DNA of 64,000 nt from Leptogorgia sarmentosa (Eukaryota), in NCBI GenBank assembly GCA_964658305.1, contig OZ210884.1, forward strand, positions 496,001 to 560,000. Reading direction: 5' to 3'. The stretch's first letter is position 1; each line of letters begins with the position of its first letter. Positions 14,382-24,900 of this stretch are shown in pieces. Below the pieces are notes generated by a model. The model searched no databases and was not told where the DNA came from. It was given only the letters and a program-made list of their open reading frames with translations. Position numbers and translations under genes: made by a program.

Positions 14382-14624
14382 TGTTGCCACGCTCTAGGTT
14401 TAAGAATGTAAAATAATTATAAAAAAACTTGTATTTGAAAATGAACAAAAAATTATAAATAGAAGCCTTTAAAATACTCCTTTCAACCTAGATAAGAACG
14501 AATGTCAAGCTCGAAAGTTACTTGAATCAACTACAAACACGCTTCTGGAATTTTCCCAACTAAAACCAGCTCAACCGGTTTTCTCGCGTGTCCTAAACAT
14601 AGGTTTTCTCGCGTGTCCTAAACA
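14382..14624 (-). repeat. 3' LTR (243 bp)
   Basis: TGTTGCCACG...GTCCTAAACA; matches 21708-21950 with 4 substitutions by manual comparison; adjacent to the PPT. Confidence 0.97.
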
Positions 14625-14636
14625 TACCCCCTCCCC
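14625..14636 (-). other. Polypurine tract (PPT)
   Basis: Minus strand reads GGGGAGGGGGTA immediately before the TG start of the 3' LTR. Confidence 0.9.
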
Positions 14637-14705
14637 ACACTGACAAAAGCAGTGTGAACAACAACTACAACGTCCGTTCATGCTACCGTTCTATGAATTG
14701 TTTCT

Positions 14706-15380
14706 TTAAAGTTCGTTCAACTCAAGTGGAACAAGTTTATGGATCGGTCTTACCAACGTCTTTCCACCACATTGGACTTTCGCAACTCGCGCATGGCCAT
14801 CTCTTCCTGGATACATCTCAAGAATCCGTCCCAACGGCCATCTACCTCGAGGCATATCTTGATCAAAAACCAATACAACATCTCCCCTCTTCAAAGCTCT
14901 TACAATCTGATTCCATTTCGGTCTTGCTCTCAGTGACGGTAGATACTCCTTCATCCACCTGCTCCATACGCGCGAAATCAACTCTTGCACTTTCCTCCAT
15001 CGCTTGCGTGGGTTAAACGACGTAGTATCAACAGCCTCTGGGGCGAAGTTTCCTCCCGCTTGTCCGTGAAGGGAGTGGTTGGGCGTCAACGGAACGTCGT
15101 CTCTTGGATCGGCAGATTGATACGTCAAAGGCCTAGCGTTAAGGAGACCCTCAACTCCAGTGCACGCAGTGATCAGCTCTTCGTCGGTGACATCACTACT
15201 CCCTAACACAGCATACACGGCCTTTTTTGCAGCTTTTACCATGGCTTCAAACACCCCTCCAAAATGAGGGGCTGCAGGAGGTTTGAATTTCCACTTTATG
15301 TTACCTTGTCCACCGACTCTTTGGAGTTTGTCCTTATCTAATCCAGCCACGAGTTCCTTTAGCTCGTTCACAGCTCCAAC
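14706..15380 (-). pseudogene. Integrase core C-terminal half plus BEL C-terminal domain
   Basis: VGAVNELKELV...WKFKPPAAPHFGGVFEAMVK (catalytic E), VEGLLNARPLT, LTPNH, WMKEYL, RWPLGRI, GRDGHAR, RPIHKL are typical BEL integrase motifs. Confidence 0.9.
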
Positions 15381-15384
15381 ATCT

Positions 15385-15715
15385 GGTCATCTCCTTCGGT
15401 ACTCCTCGTCTGCTTGTGAACCTTGCAAATGCATTCAAAAAACCATCTGTGTCCAAACGCCAAGCAACTTCGATGTGAATTGCACGCGTAGAGAAACATG
15501 TGAATACGCACAACCAACGTTTTTGCCTCGTTTTACCCCGTCCTTGGACTGTGTTGATAGGTCCAGCATAATCTACGCCGGTTTGGTCAAAGGCGCGATA
15601 CGTAATGCGAAGCCGGTTTGGCGGTAGAGGTGCCATCACTTGCGTTGCGGTCTTGTTCCTCCGTTTCTTACACTCATTACACTGGAACTCGCATTCCTTG
15701 ATCTCATCTCTTGCG
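15385..15715 (-). pseudogene. Integrase N-terminal/core fragment
   Basis: ARDEIKECEFQCNECKK (CxxC of the HHCC domain), QVMAPLP, TGVDYAGP (first catalytic D), FTCFSTRAIHIE, FTSRRGVP. Confidence 0.9.
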
Positions 15716-18311
15716 GGCCGGGATCCAGTACCTTTCACTGATCTGCGCCAGGACGTAGTTAGTGCCAGCTGAATGATTTGCGAGCTCATGGAAATATCTA
15801 ACGATCAGCCTGGTTACCCAATGTCCTCTTGGCAAGATAATGGGAAATCTAGCGTCATAGGGTAGGTATTCAGCAAATCGCAGACGACTATCGGAACGAA
15901 TCATGCCTTGTTCACCTAAGCATGGATTGAACTTTACCAGTGTGCTCTTCTGTGAGATCGGTTTCTTTTCGGCTAACGCTTTGTACTCATCCTGAAAGAC
16001 CTCCTGTTGTGCTAAACGAATAATATCTTCTTCCGCATCTCGTCGTTCTTCAGGCAGCAACTCTCGACCAACTCTCTTTTCCGTTTTTCGCATGTTGTTC
16101 ACAACTCTCCATACTCTTGCATGCACCCGGACCAAATGGACCCAACTGGAGTAACGTCGAGGATCAAGTCTCCAGTCGAGATGCTTTTGATCCTTGACCT
16201 CTTTCCTCTCGATGACCGGTCGTTGGTAATGACAGGTCTTCGCTACAGCACTTTGCTCACCCTCGCACTGTTTGTTGCTAGCTTTCGTCTCCGGTAAATT
16301 TGTAGGGCGGTTGTCAAGCTTCATCTTTGGCCATTTTTCCCGATCACCTAGCAGCCACTCTGGTCCGTTCCACCATAATGAACAATCTGATAATTCCTGA
16401 GGCGTTGTACCTCTTGTGCAGAGATCGGCTGGATTTTGGTCCGTCGGAACATATTGCCATTGCGCTGGTTCGGTATTCATCTGGATTTCTCCGATACGGT
16501 TAGCAACAAAGGCTCGAAACTCTCGTCCATGTCCGCGGATCCACCACAACACGTCCTTACTATCTGAGTAAAACACCACCATATCCATCGATACTTCGAG
16601 AGTGCTCACGAGGCGCTGTGTTAATCGTAATCCCAATACTGCTGCCATCAGTTCCAGCCGTGGAACGGAAATGGGTTTCAAAGGTGCCACTTTCGTCTTT
16701 GACGCGACCAATCTGCAGCTGACAGTGGTATCCTCGTATTCACAAAGCAAGTAAGCAACTGTTCCGTAAGCCTTTAGCGATGCATCTACAAACGTGACCA
16801 CACTCTTCTTCACGACTTTCTTTGCTTCTCGCAAACATCTTGGTACGCGAATGTCAGCCAAACTTTCCATATGTCGAATCCACTTACTAATTCTATTTGC
16901 TATCTCGTCCACGATGACATCGTCCCAATCCCAATCGTAGCCCCGAGACCATAGCTCTTGCAATTGCATCTTAGCAACAACGACAAAAGGACTGACAAGT
17001 CCAAGGGGGTCAAATAACATTGCAATTTGCTTGAGCACATTCCGCTTAGTTAAGGGTATCGCAGATGAACATTCTGGCGAAGATATAGCTAAAGTGTCGT
17101 CCTTGCTATTCCATGAAATGCCCAATGTTTTCACAACACCATCTTGGCCATCCGTCAACTTTAACTCGGTAGCTCGGTCATCTTCGGGTGTTGCTGCGAC
17201 AACTTCAGGGGAATTTGAAATCCACTTCCTGGCCTGCATACCAGCTAATTTCCAAAGGCCGTCTAGCTGTTGATACAACTCGACGCCCTCTTCATCTGTT
17301 TCCACGCTATCTATGGAATCGTCCATATATGTGGACTTTAGCACCGTCTCGGCTGCTTTAGGGAATTCCTCTTGGTGTCTTCTGGCATTTTCCTGAGCCA
17401 CAAATTGTGCCTCCATGGGGGCCGAATTTTTCCCAAACACTACACGATTAAACTCGTAGACTTCTGGCTCGCGAGTTTCGTCAAGATCTCTCCACAAAAT
17501 TCGGAACATGGGGCGATCACTCTCTGCAATTTCAACTTGAAGGTACATTTCCTTTATGTCACACGCGAGCGCCACTGGATTACGGCGGAAGCGGATTAAG
17601 ACGTCAATGAGCTCTCTTTGTAGTTTGGGTCCCGCGTAAATGACATCGTTCAAAGAAATGCCGTTATACTTTTCTGAGCAATCAAACACGATTCTAACTT
17701 TCGTTGTGGTTTTGTCCATCCTCACTACTGGAAAGTGAGGCAGATACCACACCTCGGATGGAGGCGGTTCGTTCGAACTGACATGACGGAGGTAACCTTT
17801 TTCTATGTATGTCTTGATGGTTTCCCGATATTCAGCCTCAATGAAGTGGTTTTTCTTGACTTTTCGCTCCGTGCTACGTAAACGAGAAACAGCAGCTTCA
17901 TGATTATCTGGTAAGGTTGGTCGCTCTTCTTTCCAGGGCACTCCTATCGTATATCTGCGTGAAGTGCTGTTATAACTGATAGACTCTTTCACTTTCTGCA
18001 TTGCTAACTGCTCTTCTTCTGTACATACTCGAACGTCGTTACCTTCGGATCCATAGGTTTCAATCTCCCAGAAACGTTTTATGCTTTGATTAACATCACA
18101 ACACACACTGCTGGAACTGTCTCTGCTCAACAGTGTTCGAACAACATGTGACCTGGACGCTGACGCATTCCCACGGTCCGGTGAACCAATGCAGGTCCAC
18201 CCAAGTAGACCCAAACGAGCAACAGGCCCCCCTGCTTCACCACGGATGTCAACTCGTGAAAAATGCAACTCTGTGTTATCTACTCCAATCAACAAATCCA
18301 CATATCTATCT
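15716..18311 (-). pseudogene. Protease C-terminal region, reverse transcriptase, RNase H and integrase HH fragment
   Basis: 865-aa ORF: DLLIGVD, LGWT, RFWEIE, YLPHFPVVR, STYMDD, KTLGISWN, TKRNVL, FDPLG, FVDAS, YSDS, FVANRIGEI, NPADLCTRG, FPIILP, HELANH. Confidence 0.93.
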
Positions 18312-19512
18312 CAGGGGCGGATCCAGACTGATGCAACAGATGCTTGAGCAACAGTCAAATTCTGACTGAAAAGCTTTAATTCGAATATATTAAATTTTTA
18401 TTCACATCGTCACGACATCGACAAACAAGAATGAACGTGACAAAATAAAGTCTAATATTGTTTTTTGGTCATTCGAAGCGATAAATTACGCATTATCTTC
18501 GCTCAATTTAAAGCTTCAATGCCCTTTATGTGAATTACTTGAAGTACCCTCTGAAAAACACTCCATTATGCGCGCCCACAGGCCTCAGCGCTCACTGAGC
18601 TCGCTATACTTGTCGAATGATGCATGCTGATGCGGGAACCGTTCACTTGCAACAATGAATTCAAACTGACTGATGCAAGCCAATGAGAAGAGACTTCTGA
18701 CTGATGCAAGCCAATGACTTTTCTTCAAAATACGCAATGCTATTGGCTTGCATCAGTCGACTGATGCAAATCAATAGCATTGCGTCTTGCATGAAAATTG
18801 TCGGAATATAATCCCACAGATTAATCACTAACCTGTGATAATACTATAGTCTAACTATACTATACTATAGTGTCTGAGCGTCGAAGAAAGTCGATCTCGC
18901 CAGCCTGTGAGGTAGTGTGTACATCTAAAATATATCATTTTAGGCTTCGATTTCATTGAATATTGTTATATTTCACTGGTTAACTCAGGTTAAGTCGTGT
19001 GTAGATATTAGCATATAATTATTATGCATGCGATGATAATAATATTCGTAAAGGATTTGCAATATTGGCGCATCAATAGTGGTGGTTTATATTAACCTAA
19101 TAGTATCGTGATTGAGTGATTCTACTTATTTAGGCAAGATATTTTTGTTTGGTCATGGTTATACGAACGTATTAATCGGCAAGCTGCCTATAAATGCGAA
19201 GCCACCGCGTGGGAAATATAACATTGTTTACATGCTATAGTATTTGTAACGTGAAGTGTTTCGACCTATATAGCGTCATCCTATTGTTGACATGAAATTG
19301 TATCCACAATATTTTTTTCGCTAAATGCGCCTCTATTTTACTCAGTTTGAAAATGCGAATTTCTGCACTAAAGGTTTGCTCAGAACGCAGGAAATGGCAT
19401 TTGCGAGGTCCACATTTCAAAAATTTTCCGGGGGGGCATGCCCCCGGACCCCCCTAAATTTCTGAAGGTCTTCTCCGAGCATCAGTCAAGAAATTGGCTA
19501 GATCCGCCCCTG
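18312..19512. mobile_element. Nested non-autonomous TIR DNA transposon (hAT-like termini), 1201 bp
   Basis: TIRs CAGGGGCGGATCCAG (18312) and CTAGATCCGCCCCTG (ends 19512), 14/15 match; flanked by TATCT on both sides (18307-18311, 19513-19517). Removing the element plus one TSD restores in-frame DFPEPAGDRYVDLL. No credible internal ORF. The superfamily is inferred from the CAGGG termini only. Confidence 0.9.
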
Positions 19513-21050
19513 TATCTCCCGCCGGTTCTGGAAAATCACACTCCTTTAAATGATCCCAGTTCTTCTTGCTCTCTCTCCAATCTTCGATTTTGTAATTTCC
19601 CGTCACCTTGCGAGGGCATGTCTTTATGTCGATACTTTTACTGAATTGTCCGTCAACACTTTCTATGGTAACATTCACAGGCATTGATTGGAATGTCTCG
19701 ATCTCGTTGTTTAAGACATGCACTTTAACTGTTTGAAACGGTTCTTGGATTCCCAACATCCCTGCGACTTCCTCGTTCAGGAAGGTCTCGTTCGACGCGT
19801 CATCTAAGATAGCATTAACCTTTACCTTACGATTGTTTTTCTTCAACCAAACTGGAACAGTCCTTAGCGAAACCACTTCCGACCGGATGCCTCTGCCGTT
19901 TGTAACATTAGTACGTGAATCTGTTGCCCCCTCCCGTGGGGGGAGAACTTGTGGCTTTCCATCAGCTTCTCTAGTAGCAGGCGTTTTTTCTTCTTGTTGC
20001 TTTCCAAGCATTTTGATGTCGTGTAGTAGAGCATGATGATTTTTCATGCAACCATTAATATTACATGGCTTGGACCGAGGACATGCCTTCCCTTGGTGGT
20101 AGCTTCCCAAACAACGAAAGCACAAGCGCCGACTCTTAGCAACATTCCACCTCTCCTGAACATCCAAACCCTGGAATTTCTTGCAAAACCAGACCCCATG
20201 ATTGCCCTCACAGAATGCACAAGGTGGTTTCGTTTCTTTACCACCTCCCACAACACCACCAGTGTAAAACGAATGCCTTCCCCTATCACCATGCCTGTGT
20301 TTTCCTCCCGAATTCTCATTCTGCCTCAACTCAACACTTTCAACACCATGCACCATCTCCTTCGCCTCTACCCTGACCCGCACCTCTTCTTTCAACCATT
20401 CATTAAAATTCAACACCGACCTCTTTCGTTTATTCTCCCTAAGCCAACGACTATAACTTTCAACCTGCCTTTCTCCTAACTTCTTGACCAATAGCCCATG
20501 TAACGTACCCTCGCCCAATTCCCCCTCACGACCATCCGTCTGCAACTTAACCACTGATATTCTAACAAGGTCTGCAAAATTCTCAAACCCTTGAACATCA
20601 CTACCTTTCAAGGGGGGCATTGCCTCTAACTGGTCCATGTAAGCATGTAACTGTCGTCTTTTTCCACCAAATTTGGACTGCAGGATTGCTTTTGCTTCAT
20701 CATATTCTGACTGGCTAACCCCCAATCCTCGAATTGCGTCAAGTGCAGTTCCTGTCAAACTTTGGCGTAATCTTGCCATTTTAATATTGGTGGGCTCGTT
20801 AGATTGGTCAACTAGGCTGCTAAACAAGGCCCAGAAATCCTCGAATTTTGTTTTACAGCCTTCGAAAGTAGGCACTTTCAGAGGTTGTAACCGATTACGT
20901 TGTAGTTCCGTGACGATTGCGGTGCTCTCCTCACTGACTGGGTGCTGAGACACCGGTGTTTGTAAGCTAACTGGGTGGGCTTGAGTCGCATTCTGTAATG
21001 CACCATTAACTGATTCGCTAGGCTGCTCTGACTTATCTTTCATAACATCT
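19513..21050 (-). pseudogene. Gag (capsid-like region, three Cys/His Zn knuckles) plus aspartic protease
   Basis: LKVPTFEG...FEDFWALF; CAFCEGNHGVWFC, CFRCLGSYHQGKAC, CNINGCMKNHHALLH; protease motif NAILDDASNETF. Confidence 0.92.
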
Positions 21051-21446
21051 TTAATTAATCACGCTTTCAGCTTTCTCAATAGCTTGCATAACTTCAGCTT
21101 CCACCGCGTCTGCTTCTTTCAAGCACGCCTGTCTGTTTTCATGCTCTCCTACTTTAGCATACATAACACTAAGTTCGTCCATTATGTCCATGTTTTTCTC
21201 CAATAAATTCCATAAACTCGCTACCTGTTTTTCCACCAGTTGTATATCAATCTCGTCCTTTTTAACGCACAGCTTCTCGATACTGTGTCTTAATCTCGTC
21301 ACAGCCGCTTTCCTTACCCTTTTGTTTCGTTTTAATTCGAGAATCCTCTCCTGACCCACTGAGCTCGATTGCTCTTTATTGCCGTTAAGACTTTGCCCTG
21401 ATGAGGAATCGCCTCCCGGTTGATTTTCTAGCTCGGTGTCGCTCAT
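21051..21446 (-). pseudogene. Gag N-terminal helical/coiled-coil segment
   Basis: Charged helical ORF (LKRNKRVRKAAVTRL...) downstream of the PBS. It joins the next ORF in frame (SVIKDVMK) if one TTAA of TTAATTAA at 21051-21058 is removed. Confidence 0.8.
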
Positions 21447-21686
21447 GTCCACGATATAATAAGTATGGTACGCTCGACAAGGCAGACCACTGTTCGCAGT
21501 AACGATAGTACGAAATCAGATCAATATTTTACTTTAATATAAACCATATATTATACGAAATAAACCAGAACTCCGTCCAGTAATCGATAAATAACCGACT
21601 ATAAACAAGGAAAAACCACTATTCCTACATACCAAAACTTCGAAAACGATTGTCCATTAAGAAACGTCCTCGAAAAATACCAAATG

Positions 21687-21703
21687 TCCTGGCAGGATCG
21701 CCA
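21687..21703 (-). other. Primer-binding site, probably tRNA-Arg(ACG)
   Basis: Minus strand TGGCGATCCTGCCAGGA lies 4 nt inside the 5' LTR. It is complementary to ...UCCUGGCAGGAUCG-CCA, the 3' end I recall for invertebrate (Drosophila-type) tRNA-Arg(ACG); the tRNA identity is from memory, not a search. Confidence 0.82.
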
Positions 21704-21707
21704 AAAA

Positions 21708-21950
21708 TGTTGCCACGCTCTCGGTTTAAGAATGTAAAATAATTATAAAAAAACTTGTATTTGAAAATGAACAAAAAATTATAAATAGAAGCCTTTAAAA
21801 TACTCCTTTCAACCTCGATAAGAACGAATGTCAAGCTCGAAATTTACTTGAATCAACTACAAACACGCTTCTGGAATTTTCCCAACAAAAACCAGCTCAA
21901 CCGGTTTTCTCGCGTGTCCTAAACATAGGTTTTCTCGCGTGTCCTAAACA
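21708..21950 (-). repeat. 5' LTR (243 bp)
   Basis: Second copy of 14382-14624, adjacent to the PBS and followed on the + strand by the TSD GGCAT. Confidence 0.97.
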
Positions 21951-24900
21951 GGCATGATGGTGGGTAACCCGTTGTTTCAAAGGAATCTCAAAAGGAGCAA
22001 TAGCAAACATACCATACAATGTGAAGGAACTTGATTGCTTCTGTGGCTTCCATTTTGAATGGTGTTGCCACCAAATTTACCATGCGTATTCACCATGCCA
22101 AGGCAAATGTGCAGCGAAATTTTCGTAAACCTGTGATAAAAATACGAGCAAGGGCATGATGGTGGGTAACCCGTTGTTTCAAAGGAATCTCAACAGGAGC
22201 AATGGCAAACATACCATACAAGGTGAAGGGACTTGATTGCTTCTGCGGCTTCCATTTTGAATGGTGTCGCCACCAAATTTACCATGCGTATTCATCATGC
22301 AAAGGTCAATGTACCTCAAAAATGTCGTAAACCTGTGAAAAAAATACGAGCAAGGGCATGATGATGGGTAACCCGTTGTTTCAAAGGAATCTCAACAGGA
22401 GCAATAGCAAATATACCATACCAGGAGAAGGGACTTGATTGCTTTTGTGGCGTCCATTTTGAATGGTGTCGCCACCAAATTTACCATGCGTATTCAACAT
22501 GCCAAGGGCAATGCGCAGCGAAAATGTTGTAAACATGCGATAAAAATACGAGCAAGGGCATGATGATGGGTAACCCGTTGTTTCAAAGGAATCTCAACAG
22601 GAGCAATAGCAAATATACCATACCAGGTGAAGGGACTTGATTGCTTCTGTGGCGTCCATTTTGATTGGTGTCGCCACCAAATTTACCCTGCGTATTCCCC
22701 TCACCACGGGCACTGCGCAGCAAAAATTTTCGTAAACCTGTGATAAAAATACGAGCAAGGGCATGATGATGGGTAACCTGTTGTTGCAAAGGAATCTCAA
22801 CCGGAGCAATAGCAAATATACCATACCAGGTGAAGGGACTTAATTGCTTCTGTGGCTTCCATTTTGAATGGAGTCGCTACCAAATTTACCCTGCGTATTC
22901 CCCACACAAAGGGCAATGTGCAGCGAAAATGTCGTAAACCTGTGATAAAAATACGAGCAAGGGCATGATGATGGGTAACCCGTTGTTGCAAAGGAATCTC
23001 AACCGGAGCAATAGCAAATATACCATACAAGGTGAAGGAACTTGATTGCTTCTGTGGCTTCCATTTTGAATGGTGTTGCCACCACACTTCCCATGCGTAT
23101 TCACCATGCCAAGGGCAATGTGCAGCGAAAATTTCGTAAACCTGTGATAAAAATACCAGCAAGGGCATGATGGTGGGTAACCCGTTGTTTCAAAAGAATC
23201 TCAACAGGAGCAATAGCAAATATACCATACAAGGTGAAGGAACTTGATTGCTTCTGTCCCTTCCATTTTGAATGGTGTTGCCACCACACTTCCCATGCGT
23301 ATTCACCATGCCAAGGGCAATGTACCTCGAAAATGTCGTAAACCTGTGAAAAAAATGCGAGCAAGGGCATGATGGTGGGTAACCCGTTGTTTCAAAGGAA
23401 TCTCAACAGGAGCAATAGCAAATATACCATACCAGGTGAAGGGACTTGTTTGCTTCTGTGGCGTCCATTTTGAATGGTGTCGCTACCAAATTTATCCTGC
23501 GTATTCCCCACACCAAGGGCAATGTGCAGCGAAAATTTCGTAAACCCGTGATAAAAATACGAGCAAGGGCATGATGATGGGTAACCCGTTGTTGCAAAGG
23601 AATCTCAACCGGATCAATAGCAAATATACCATACAAGGTGAAGGAACTTGATTGCTTCTGTGGCTTACATTTTGAATGGTGTTGCCACTAAATTTACCAT
23701 GCATATTGACCATGCCAACGGCAATGTGCAGCGAAAATTTCGTAAACCTGTGATAAACATTCGAGCAAGAGCATGATGGTGGGTAACCCGTTGTTTCAAA
23801 GGAATCTCAACAGGAGCAATAGCAAACACACCATACAAGGTGAAGGGACTTGATTGCTTCTGTGGCTTCCATTTTGCATGGTGTTGCCACCAAATTTACC
23901 ATGCGTATTCATCATGCGAAGGTCAATGTGCCGCGAAAATGTCGTAAACCTGTGATAGAAATACGAGCAAGGGGATGATGATGAGTAACCCGTTGTGTCA
24001 AAGGAATCTCAACAGGAGCAATAGCAAATATACCATACCAGGTGAAGGGACTTGATTGCTTCTGTGGCGTCCATTTTGATTGGTGTCGCCACCAAATTTA
24101 CCCTGCGTATTCCCCTCACCACGGGCACTGCGCAGCAAAAATTTTCGTAAACCTGTGATAAAAATACGAGCAAGGGCATGATGATGGGTAACCTGTTGTT
24201 GCAAAGGAATCTCAACCGGAGCAATAGCAAATATACCATACCAGGTGAAGGGACTTAATTGCTTCTGTGGCTTCCATTTTGAATGGAGTCGCTACCAAAT
24301 TTACCCTGCCTATTCCCCACACAAAGGGCAATGTGCAGCGAAAATGTCGTAAACCTGTGATAAAAATACGAGCAAGGGCATGATGATGGGTAACCCGTTG
24401 TTGCAAAGGAATCTCAACCGGAGCAATAGCAAATATACCATACAAGGTGAAGGAACTTGATTGCTTCTGTGGCTTCCATTTTGAATGGTGTTGCCACCAC
24501 ACTTCCCATGCGTATTCACCATGCCAAGGGCAATGTGCAGCGAAAATTTCGTAAACCTGTGATAAAAATACCAGCAAGGGCATGATGGTGGGTAACCCGT
24601 TGTTTCAAAAGAATCTCAACAGGAGCAATAGCAAATATACCATACAAGGTGAAGGAACTTGATTGCTTCTGTCCCTTCCATTTTGAATGGTGTTGCCACC
24701 ACACTTCCCATGCGTATTCACCATGCCAAGGGCAATGTACCTCGAAAATGTCGTAAACCTGTGAAAAAAATGCGAGCAAGGGCATGATGGTGGGTAACCC
24801 GTTGTTTCAAAGGAATCTCAACAGGAGCAATAGCAAATATACCATACCAGGTGAAGGGACTTGTTTGCTTCTGTGGCGTCCATTTTGAATGGTGTCGCTA

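Larger units (their letters stand above)
14706..21446 (-). pseudogene. Disrupted single gag-pol polyprotein of the BEL/Pao element
   Basis: Five ORF pieces join into one polyprotein once the lesions at ~21055, 18312-19517, ~15716 and ~15382 are corrected. First ATG at 21446, stop at 14706. Confidence 0.9.
14382..21950 (-). mobile_element. Full-length BEL/Pao LTR retrotransposon (defective), 7569 bp including the nested insertion
   Basis: Two 243-bp TG...CA LTRs; 5-bp TSD GGCAT (14377-14381 and 21951-21955); PBS and PPT on the minus strand; domain order gag (three Zn knuckles)-protease-RT-RNase H-integrase with BEL-type motifs (YLPHFPV, RIVFDCS, DIKEMYLQV, YMDD, DASLKAYG, PRLEL, NPAD). Confidence 0.97.

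Noticed and set aside
14637..14705. Possible env or extra ORF after integrase
   Set aside because: Only ~70 bp separate the pol stop from the PPT.
14654..20948. Plus-strand ORFs antisense to gag-pol and short ORFs in the nested element
   Set aside because: Shadow ORFs without motifs; those in the nested element are under 70 aa with no transposase features.
21044..21060. Programmed ribosomal frameshift between the two gag ORFs
   Set aside because: It would need a +1 shift in the middle of gag with no recognisable slippery site. BEL/Pao elements normally have one ORF, and a TTAA duplication explains the break.
21625..21834. 69-aa ORF across the 5' LTR and PBS
   Set aside because: Low-complexity translation of AT-rich LTR sequence overlapping cis elements.
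23536..23552. CENP-B-box-like TTCGTAAACCCGTG in some satellite B monomers (and TTCGTACGA in satellite A)
   Set aside because: Spacing and the CGGG half do not fit TTCGNNNNANNCGGG; such partial matches are expected by chance.
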